Positions 12,401 through 22,800 of a DNA stretch of 64,000 nt are shown here, piece by piece. The notes beneath the pieces were generated by a model. It ran no database searches. It was not told where the DNA came from and saw nothing but the letters and a program-made list of their open reading frames with translations. Positions within the stretch are counted from its first letter, which is position 1; every line of letters starts with the position of its first letter. Source of the DNA: Schmidtea polychroa (lineage: Eukaryota); contig CM097886.1 of NCBI GenBank assembly GCA_044892525.1, positions 103,354,001-103,418,000 on the forward strand, in the 5' to 3' direction. Both the position numbers and the translations under genes were made by a program.

Positions 12401-13700
12401 TTCCATCTTCCGTCTGGTACATCTCTTCTTCTGCCTCGTCTCTTCGTCGTTCATTTCTTATTTCACAATTTATTGTCTTGACTCCACCGACGAAATGAAA
12501 CCCATGGAGTCGCTGATGTTTTTTTCCATCTTCTCTCAATATAGTATATTTCTCAGGAACACTGTATCTATCTTCTATATTGCTGTGATCCATTCTGAAA
12601 TCCTGGCTGTTCTCGGTGTAATCTCTTGTTTCAGATTTTGAATCTTCTTCTTCTATGCACGCTATTCTTTGATATCGGTGTGGAACATCTTTCCGTAACG
12701 AAAAACAATCTTGGAACCCGTGTCCTTCCTTACCACATATCAGGCATTTATTTCCCAGTGGACACTCATACCTTCTGGGTCCCCTTTCACCACAGCAAAA
12801 ACAACCACCTACCGTTAATTTTGGGACCGATGCTTGTGGTAGTCCCTACTTTCATTGTACAGCCTCCTTGCAATATTCTTCATGGATATTGTTGGCAGCT
12901 TCCTTTTTGAGCTATTCGAGATTCTCGCATTTCTCAAGAATTGTTCTCTTGGAGATTGTTCTCGACGACCATGGTTATTTCCTTCTTATTATATTGGTCC
13001 GCATATAGGATGTTCGTCTCTTCTTGATCTGTGGTGACTAAATGACTCTTCTGATAGTCTTCTTTGTGGTGATGTAGGCATGGGATCTTGGGTATTCTTT
13101 TGAATTCTCATCTTCCTTCCCTCAGTCACGCTAGCGTATGTTCTTTGACCGATTGCTTTAATAAATTCTGTTTTTTTGTTTCCATTTTTGTTACTTTCAA
13201 ATATTTTCGCCAATAATCTCGTTTCTTCAATTTTTGTTTCGGGTTTCGTCAATAGTATCTCCCGCAGTCTCGCATCGCGTGCTTTATTTGCGATAAGGTC
13301 TTGAACAATATCTTCTTCTGATCGTCCTGAATTTACAACTTCAGCTAAAGCTTTCCTTAGCCGTATCTCAAAAGCTGCCAACCTTTCATCATCTTCCTGT
13401 TCCATAGCTGCCAATTCTCTGATTTTATCAGTTATTGATTTTGTAATTGTGAACGTATGTAAGAACCACGCTTTGGCTTTCGCATCTGTTGTTTCTGTTT
13501 CTCTGACGTTTCGCCACAATTCCTTTGCTTCTGCCACTATTAACACATCGAAAGTGCTTGTCAATCGCTGTCCATTTGTCAGCAGTCATTCTTCTATATC
13601 CCTGATCCTTTCTTCGGCTTCTTTTAAACCTCGTCCATCATATCGTCTGATGTTCAGTGTGAGCATGTCTTGGCATGATTTCGGTAGGCATTCCATTAGC
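9401..13700 (-). pseudogene. gag-pol of element 2, fragmented
   Basis: ORFs 12989-13564 (gag), 11875-12276, 11257-11772 (RT), 10720-11205 (RH), 10259-10711, 9950-10159 and 9401-9622 (IN). Confidence 0.9.
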
Positions 13701-13743
13701 GATTTTGTCGATTTCGAAATGGCGTTGATATTTTGATTTTCGG

Positions 13744-13754
13744 CGTGGTCGCCA
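13744..13754 (-). promoter_or_regulatory. Primer-binding site, probably tRNA-Arg(UCG)
   Basis: TGGCGACCACG is complementary to ...CGUGGUCGCCA, the 3' end of animal tRNA-Arg(UCG) as I recall it; it shares its first T with the LTR end. Confidence 0.75.
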
Positions 13755-13913
13755 GTTAACTCCATCTTTAAATCCATCTTTAAATTTCTCAGCAAAAGTC
13801 TTGAAACCAACAATATATATAGTTGATAAAAAAGGATTTATAAAATAATAAGTTTTTAATTTTTCACAAAAAACCGCCAATTCCAAATTATTAAAACAAC
13901 AAGATATCTCACT
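13754..13913 (-). repeat. 5' LTR of element 2
   Basis: Minus strand AGTGAGATATC...GAGTTAACT. Confidence 0.9.
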
Positions 13914-14117
13914 ACTTGTGTTACAATTTTACTATTAAAGCTACTAAAATTCGCAATCTACTAATACCTAATTTAGTAATTTTATTTAATTTCAATCGTT
14001 TTCTATATTTGTATAGTAAAAGTTATTTTCATATATTTAAATTTACTTCTTGATTCAAAGTCTTTTATGTTTGTTTTAATATGTTATAAATAAATTTTAA
14101 TTTTTTATTATCTGAAA

Positions 14118-14630
14118 ATGAAAAGAAAAACAAAACTTTTTAAATTTCCAAAAAATATGGTTACTAGTACACCAAGAAATTCTAGATGTATATCCTCAAA
14201 TCTTTCAAATGGTAAATATTTTAGTGACTGTATTTTTACATATCAATTTTACTAGCATCCAAGCATAAAGCAGTAAACAAAAATAATAGTGCTCGCCGTA
14301 GAAACAATAAGCAACAAAGTCTTAAAATTTTAAAAGATATTAAAAAGATGCAAAAATCGACAAATAATCTTATAAGGTGTTTTTGTGATTGAGTAATATT
14401 ATTTTAATTAAAGATTTAGAAAAATGCCATTTATTCGAGTTGTAAGAGAAATCGCTTCTTATTATGCAATAGATTTGAGGTGGCAATCAATCGCTTTGGA
14501 GGCTCTTCAAGAAGCTTGTGAATATTATTTGGTATATTTTTTTGAAAAAAGTTATATGTTATCTCAACACGCTCGTAGAAAGACTTTAATGGATAAAGAT
14601 TTTAAACTTTTAAAATATTTTATTACATAA
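14118..14630 (+). CDS. CENPA: Divergent histone H3 variant, probable centromeric H3 (CENP-A/cenH3), about 141 aa, 3 exons (14118-14211, 14256-14376, 14420-14630)
   Basis: Splicing two 43-44 nt GT-AG introns gives ...ILKDIKKMQKSTNNLIRKMPFIRVVREIASYYAIDLRWQSIALEALQEACEYYLVYFFEKSYMLSQHARRKTLMDKDFKLL. This is an H3 fold with cenH3-type substitutions (Q68I, F84W, T107S, N108Y) and a non-H3 N-terminal tail. Confidence 0.75.
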
Positions 14631-14788
14631 TTTTTGCTGTTAAAGTATTTATCGTTTTTAAATATATTCATATTTTCTGTCTTTATTTTAATTAATTTTA
14701 TTTGTAACAATTTAAAATTGAAAAATGTTATTAGTTTCAACAATTACAACTATCCAAGTCATACTACTAAGATTTCCTCATATTTTAT

Positions 14789-15245
14789 TTATTCAATCAT
14801 TTTATTACATGTATTTCGAACGCAACGTATACAACACTGGGATATTCTTTCTGGTGAAGTTGAAGGTACCGTAGCATTTTCGTATTTGTTTCCAATTGAA
14901 CAGTTTATAAAACTTATTGATTCTTTCAAGTCTTTGTTACCTAAATTTTTATGATGTCTTCGGTAAAATTAGTGACTCACTAAATTCTTCCAAAAATGTA
15001 TTTCTTCTGTTCATTTTTTTTATATTCAAATCTTTATAAATATGCACTGATATCTAAAATATTCATAATAAATGCGACAGGCCATCTGTTTGTCTTCCTT
15101 GGTAATGTCCCACGTATTGGAAACTTTTAGCATCACTGTGGTAAGAGTTGGCACTCACATTATTAATATTCTCTGATTCGTCATTATTGTATTTATATTC
15201 TTCGTTCGAATTTTGAACTTCTTCATCATTCAAAAAGTCAGACAT
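14789..15245 (-). pseudogene. Internally deleted piggyBac-like transposase relic
   Basis: Acidic N-terminus (MSDFLNDEEV...) joined directly to RKTNRWPVAFIMNILDISAY, RRNTFLEEFSESLI and a Cys-rich end (CCIRCVRNTC). Confidence 0.7.
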
Positions 15246-16175
15246 TTTTAAGGATATTTCTCTAAAAATAATAAATGAAGTAATAACGATTTAATTAATA
15301 TAGTACATTCCTGTATACAAAATAACGACAGTTAAAAATCTTAAAAACTGACAAACACTCTTAGCGAAGGACAAATAACAACTAATTCTCGTCGATCGCT
15401 GCGGCCATTAGAGAGGGGATGGCGTAATTTTTTTATAAACACGAGAAAGTCATGAAGTATTTTTTTCAAGAAGTTTAGATTACCTAAACCTCTTTTAATG
15501 ATTGTTTATTCTATGAAAAGACGTAGCTAGGTAAAAGAGGATTAGGTAGTTAGTGGTCCCCGTGCAACACGACCATCCGGGGTACCAACCTCCAACCAGT
15601 GACGTAGCTACCATATAGCAATAGTATGCAGTGCTTAGGGGACCCTTTTACAAGGGCCTTTTGTTCCAAAAGCTATAAGCCTATTAAAGCTTCCTTAATT
15701 TCTTCAGATAAAATAATGCAAAATTGAATTTATAAATTATGTAGCGTTCGTGAATGGAACCACTGTATTTAGTTTTGTTTAAAGTTTGAAACATATTGTG
15801 ACGTTCGTATACAGAGTCACTGCAGTTTATTAATATTTTGAATAAAAATTTACTTGTTACATTTTCCATTATTTTCGTATCCTGTTGGTGTCGACAGATT
15901 TCTGAGATCTGTAAAATATTAAAATTTAAAAAATAATTATAAATTTAGTTACTATTGATTAAATATAGATGACTCAAACAAGTTAAAATCAAAACCATTG
16001 AGTGGAACACTTAAAAGAAAACTTAGAAAAGAAAATAAGAGAAATTAAACAAATTACCAAAACTTGATGTTTTTTCTCAGAAGAAATACAGACAGTCAAG
16101 CAAATGTACCACCAGCAGAACTTGCTGCAGAAGACAATGCAATAATTGAGCGGGTTCGTGATGATGACATCAGGT

Positions 16176-16311
16176 NNNNNNNNNNNNNNNNNNNNNNNNN
16201 NNNNNNNNNNNNNNNNNNNNNNNNNNNNNNNNNNNNNNNNNNNNNNNNNNNNNNNNNNNNNNNNNNNNNNNNNNNNNNNNNNNNNNNNNNNNNNNNNNNN
16301 NNNNNNNNNNN
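16176..16311. other. Assembly gap (N run); other gaps at 37577-37756 and 63623-63751
   Basis: N characters. Confidence 1.
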
Positions 16312-17169
16312 GCATTTGTTGAGTTTCGTATTGGTATATGCACGATTCGAAACAATGATGTCAAAAGAGGAAATTTAACGGAACTTAATCTCAAAGATTC
16401 GGTGTATTTATTGAATATTGTGGAATAATCTCCGTATCTTACTAGATCCACAATAATATTGACTAGTTTCTCTTCAAGACCCAATGAATTTGATGGCTGC
16501 TCCAAAGATTTACGAAATTGGTTTTTTTCTTTATTTGCATCGTAATATTTTTCTCCATTTTTTGATAATACTCATACCGCATTTCTTTAGTGTTAATCAA
16601 TATAAAATCGCCATAATTGGAATTTAGTGAATATGTCGATAGTGTGGATCGGAATTATTGTAATCGGGACTTCTGATCAGCATGCTTCTGATTTTTTCGA
16701 TTTGGAGGAACTATTTGCTGGCACATCTCCATCTACTTTATGACCAGTCGCACCTACTCACGACCATAAATTTCTAGTCTGTGGGATACTATTCATGACA
16801 CTGTGCGTTGTCTTAGATCTATGTTTATGTGTAATTATCACTGACCAAACTGTTGTACTGTTTTAAATAGTGTGTGCTTAATTATCACTTTCGTTTTGTT
16901 ATCTGGATTATTCACTTTTGTGTGTGACACTTCGACAATGACGATGTCCAATAGAATATATTAATGTCAGAGTGATAGATTTCGCTGAACTTCAAAGTAG
17001 ATAACGTAAGACCTAGAGAAATGACATGATGCAGATCATGGGTGTCATGTCGCAAGCACGATCATGGGGTTCTGGCTAGCGGTCGATGACATGTACTTCG
17101 ATTCTTTTCTGGGTAATAGGATATTTGACCTTCATCCCCTAGTTGACGATAAAGGAGTATTGACCTAGT

Positions 17170-17302
17170 CAGCAATCCAAAAGTGGTGTTCAAGCCAAAA
17201 TTCGTCAACTAAACCCACGTGCGTTTTTCGTAACTTGTGGTGTCCACTCTTCCAACTTGTTATTGAATGATGTGTGGGTTTTTGCAAATTCAAGTCAGTA
17301 AC
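17170..17302 (+). pseudogene. hAT transposase fragment
   Basis: SGVQAKIRQLNPRAFFVTCGVHSSNLLLND matches the hAT GVQ..I...NP.A.FVPCxxHSLNL motif. Confidence 0.75.
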
Positions 17303-18879
17303 CTCTGACTCCTCGTGTCCTTTTAATCAAAACAAGAAACTACCCAACGTATATTTGAATTACAAAAATATATTTCTCTCAACAATAAATAATCAATAAC
17401 CAAAGTTCACGTTTGACTGATTCTCCGCTCGGTGTTGATGCTTTGTCAAAAGATAATATTCACCTTTTTATTCCTTAGCTTCTCTTAACCCACGTTTTCC
17501 TTTTCTATTTGATTTGATTCCTTTTCACTCTTTCGTATCTCCTATTCTATATTTCCTTTTCCCCTAATCTCCTTAATTCGTCTTTATCGTTTGCCTATTC
17601 TCGTTTTCTTCTTACCCTAGCTGAGGCAAAATGCCGATTATTTTGAATTTCGACTTTGCTTTTATACTAGAATAATTACTTTGATTAATCGGATTTTAAC
17701 CTGATTGTTCCTATCTGACAATGGTTTGACAACCAGTTCCTGGTCATGATTAATTAACCCACTTTGCTATTCATTCGTAATAGTCCTAACTTTGTTTGTC
17801 TCCCTTAATCATGTTGTCATGATAATATCCTTCCTAGATTCTCATTTTGTTTACTTTTCATGTTAATCGAGCTCGGGTTTCCTTCATCTCTCGAGTTCTC
17901 CACATGCTCGGGTTTTCTATTAGCCAATTAATTAATTAATTAACGATTTTCTGTTTTAAAATATTCGAATGCTTTTCGACCCTTTCTAACCATTTTCTGA
18001 TAAATCCCTAATCATCATCTTGCTGACCATTAGCTAATATATACCTGTCCCGTTTTCCAATTCAATTTCGATAACTTAATAATTTATTGATTTTTTCGAA
18101 TTTCCGGACTCTTGCCTTTTGCAACTGCTTTTGCCATTTCCTAATACTGCTTCCATCATACTTTCCTTTACTATCAATTCTGTGCATGATCACGCTTTTA
18201 TTTGTCTTTTTCCTTCAACCTCAACAATGCAACTATTAGTTGTATGTAGACTGTCGCATTCTTTGATTTAATTCAATGTATTTATAACTTTTTCTCAGAG
18301 TCAACTCACGCGATATTACTATAAAGCCGTTAAATGCCACTCGTTTGTAAAGTAGATTAGATGCCATTCGGGCGCTTCGATTTCAAATTAGTGGAGTATA
18401 CGATGCCCTACTGGAAATACCAAAAAATATATTTCCATTAAATAATTGAAATCGACCTTCGAAAGCACTATAAAGAAAACTACACTTACTAATACGATAG
18501 TAGACAACGTTAAAAACGCCAAATATAGTTTATACAACTATGAAAAACGTTTAATGAATTTAAATTTTTCTCACTTTTGAACAAAAAAATGTCGAACTAA
18601 ACTAAATGTCAAAATTAATACGTTAAGTGAGAAAATAATGTTGTGAATACACAAACCATGTTTTTGTTTTATTCTCGAAATTCTCGAGAATCAAGAAAAA
18701 GATATTAGTCGAGAATTCTCGAGAATAATCTCTAGTTACTATATAAGGAAGGGTATAATTTCCCCCGTTAAAATTAGTCTTATTACCGCTAAAAAAATTT
18801 GAGAGTCAATATTTAAAAATTTTAAAAATATTAATTTTGATAGTTCGAGATCAAAGAGTCGAAATAGAGAAATAGTATG

Positions 18880-19346
18880 TAAATATATTAGCTACCTCAA
18901 TGACTTACACTATGATGAAAATGATTTACCAATGCGACTGTAATATCCAAAAATTTTAGGCAAGAAACCCCCGGAATTGTAATTAATGCGTTTGGATATA
19001 ATGACTAGTTTTGTTAATTATAATGATAATAAATCTAAAGTAACTGGAGCTATACCAATATATCTGTTAATGCTGGAGGATAATGGCAGATTTCATTATA
19101 TCGGAGAGTGTAACGTCCAAAGGTTAATGAATTTACAAGTTATACAATCCCACAAAAATTCAATCGATATGATGCAAAAATGGTTTGAAAGGCTTCAAAA
19201 AAAGATACATTCCAAAAGCATGAAAGTCTTTGTTTGTTAAATCAGGTTGGACTGAAAAAGATTTATTTATGATTATTCTAAAACAGTGATTTCTCCTTTT
19301 GTTATTTATGGGGATTTTGAGTCGATGTTGCAAGACACTGTAATCA
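18880..19346 (+). pseudogene. Relic of a protein-primed family B DNA polymerase (Polinton/Maverick/adintovirus-like)
   Basis: PIYLLMLEDNGRFHYI...NVQRLMN followed by KTVISPFVIYGDFESML, an exonuclease-I-type (V/S)PFVIY.DFES motif; frameshifted. Confidence 0.6.
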
Positions 19347-19803
19347 AATAAATGTGCCTTTGTCAGCCGGGCTAATGCTAGTAACTGTTGTTAACTACTG
19401 GGGAAAAGTCACAGCTGTTTCATTAGACCAAATTGTGTATATAAATTTTTAAAAGAAATTGAGTCTATAGTTGAAAATATTGTCGTACCATACACAAAAA
19501 ATAGTCGAAATAGAGTTGTTTTCTTAAATCCCACCCAAGAACCTGAATTTAGACGAAGCGGAATATGTTATTTAAGCACAAAACGAATACAGGACTGAGT
19601 CAGAGACCACGATAATTTCAAGTCCAGATATCTAGATGCACGTACTCACACGTCTAATAATACTGCAAATGCCAAATTTTAAATAAAAAGAAAACAAAAG
19701 TAGAAGTATTTATTATAATCAGCTAAACAAATTTTAGTGTATTTATTATTATGCTTATTTTCTCGTTTAACGAGGAATGAAATGTAATATTATCACTTAA
19801 ATA

Positions 19804-22800
19804 TTAAGAATTCGCTTTATTAGCTTGGGGAACAGCTTCATTTGGCACTTGTTTCCCTAAGTATTCCCAGTTGTGAACCATAATTTTTTGCAATGACAAC
19901 AGAGCGTGGTAACGAACATTTGGGTCATTATCATTCAATAATTCCATGACCAATTGCTTTCCACCAAGTTTTTCGATTACTCTATAATTTAAATTCTTAA
20001 ATTAAATAGATAATTTTTTTTAATGTTTTTCCATACATTCCAAATTTTTATTATTCAATGGTTGTCTTTAATTTCTGTTAAAAATTGTAATGAAACTGTA
20101 CCAATAATCAATATAAAAATAATTACTGGCTGATTATGCAATATTTTACGAATAAAATAGTACTTCTCTATTGTGTATTTATTAATAATTTATTTGTCAA
20201 TTATCAAAAGTTCAATGAAATAAAATAATTTATCATATCAAAAAATCAGATAAAACTGTGTTACATAATTAACTGATTTCATAAACTAAACAATTAATTC
20301 ATTATTTCATCCAGTAATATTTTTTAAAATAAAATTTATTAATCCAATGATTTTGAAAAAAAACAAGTGAATTTTATTTACTATATGTTTCTCACAGTAC
20401 TACTTGAGCTTAAGGAAATGGCGGATTCATAGTGGGGATAAGAATTGGAGGAGATCGCACACCTATAAAATAGTTAGCAAGACGTTTTCAAAATTTTGCA
20501 GACCTTTATTTCTGCTTATAAGATGGCATTTTATAAAAAACTCAACTTTTTAATGCAATAGAATAATTTTTGAAATTCTAATTTCAAGTTATCGAAACAC
20601 AATATATTACACAACAAGAGATAGTTGAGTTTTTTGGACTAGTAAGAGGCCTACCTACAGCTTTGATTGGTTGATTTTATAACAATTTATAACACAAAAT
20701 CATTTAACCTAAAAATTGACTTCTTTCTTTACTAGGTAACCTGGATCTGCCACTGTGTTAATTACCATAAAAGAAAAATAATTTGAATAACTAAAATGAA
20801 TGAGCACAAATCTATAAAGAATGGTTTAATTACACAAATCCATATTATGCAATTAAATCTTGTATTTGGTGGAATGCTGGACATCATTATTATTAGATGA
20901 AATCAAAACCTTGGTTGCACTGTTTTTGTCATATGACTCTGACTTCATTGACCACGCAAATTTCTTTATAAACTATATAGTCTTGACCTACATATTTTAA
21001 ATAGTATCCTGGAGGTGACACATGAATAAAGTAACTTGACCTACTTATTTTTAACTTGACCTACTTATTTTATCTAGTGTCCTGGAAGTGACACACGTTT
21101 AAAGTAACTTGACCTACATATTTTTAAAAACTATATAATCTTGACCTACTTCTTTACAAAATATATAGTCTTGACCTACATATTTTATATAGTATCCTGG
21201 AGGTGACACACGTTTAAAGTAACTTGACCTACATATTTTTAAAAACTATATAATCTTGACCTACTTCTTTACAAAATATATAGTCTTGACCTACATATTT
21301 TATATAGTATCCTGGAGGTGACACATGAATAAAGTAACTTGACCTACTTATTTTTAACTTGACCTACATATTTTATATAGTATCCTGGAAGTGACACACG
21401 TTTAAAGTAACTTGACCTACATATTTTTAAAAACTATATAATCTTGACCTACTTCTTTACAAAATATATAGTCTTGACCTACTTATTTTATCTAGTGTCC
21501 TGGAGGTGACACACGTTTAAAGTAACTTGACCTACATATTTTTAAAAACTATATAATCTTGACCTACTTCTTTACAAAATATATAGTCTTGACCTACATA
21601 TTTTATATAGTATCCTGGAGGTGACACATGAATAAAATAACTTGACCTACTTATTTTTAACTTGATCTATATCTTTTTATAAAAATTTCTAACTTTTTTG
21701 ACTTGACCTACTTATTTTATATAGTGTCCTGAAAGTGAAACACTTGACCTACATAAAAACTTAGAAAAATTTGTGAAAAAATCGATAAAATCAGTCCAAT
21801 TTCATAAGAACTTAGAAAAATTTCGCTAGAAACCATTGAAAAATAGTGAAAATTCAAAAAATTTGACTTGACCTTGATATTTTAAACTTAAAAAAATTTT
21901 TTTTAGCTTAATATTTCCCCCCCCCCGGGGGGGTAGTGTCCTGGAGGTGACATATCCTACTAATTTCCTTTAATTTCCATGTCTTTTAATAAAAAAATAA
22001 TCTTGAAATAAATGTAATTTCTTAAAAATGGAGATATGACAGAATCAGTAAAGATATCGACGTTTTTATATCTTTATATCATAGTCAAATAACATCCAGG
22101 TTAAAAATCACTAATTTATATGTTATACTCCTTGGTATCTATAACACCTCAAATATTAACCACTTGCCGGGCGCGCGCTCAAATATGAGTGCAAAAAATG
22201 TGTACCATTTCGGGCGAGCGCTCACATGTGAGCGCAAACTCATATAGAAAAATTAGTGAATACAAACTCTGAAAATTAAAAAAAATATATTTACGTTATA
22301 TTTTGATTATATACTATTAATTAATGATTTAAAAAAAAATTTTTTTTTTGACCGAAAACATGAAAAAAAATCGCCCGGAAAGTGGTTAAACTTAAAAAAT
22401 AACCTTTTACAGTTGTTCATTTGATTTCACAATTAAAATGGTTATCAGAATGAAAACTTAACAAAATATTGATCGATCGTATAAATAGAAAAGAATAAAG
22501 AAAGATTTAAAAGGAAAATAGGTCATTGGCGAAAGATTTGACAGATATTTCAACTCAAATATTCAAAATATTAAAATAATAAGAACGAAAAAATGTTTAC
22601 TGTTTGCCTCTTGGATAATGACTGACGAATTCCCCGACATCGTGAATAGCTACTTGCAACACGAGCGGATCTTTATTAGTTTCCAACAGTTTCACTAGAA
22701 TCCTAAATAACACAAATCCAAAATACTATGACAAATATTCCAAATTATACTTCAATAATTCATAATTCTTATCGAGGAATTTATCAGCATTTTCCCGCCA

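Larger units (their letters stand above)
9235..13913 (-). mobile_element. Ty3/Gypsy LTR retrotransposon (element 2), complete but decayed, no env
   Basis: LTRs 13754-13913 and 9235-9391 (roughly 90% identical by eye) with AGT...ACT/ATT termini. PBS TGGCGACCACG, PPT AAGAAGGGGAA, 5-bp TSD ACTAG/ACTTG. Gag, LWDSG protease, RT YLDD, RNase H TDAS, and integrase GLCHIG / D..D..E. Confidence 0.95.

Noticed and set aside
16064-16505. ORFs spanning the first N gap
   Set aside because: ORF-track artefacts of Ns; neither flank gives a recognisable protein
20961-21760. CRISPR-like array
   Set aside because: The sequences between the conserved boxes are repeated rather than unique spacers; no cas genes; eukaryotic intron
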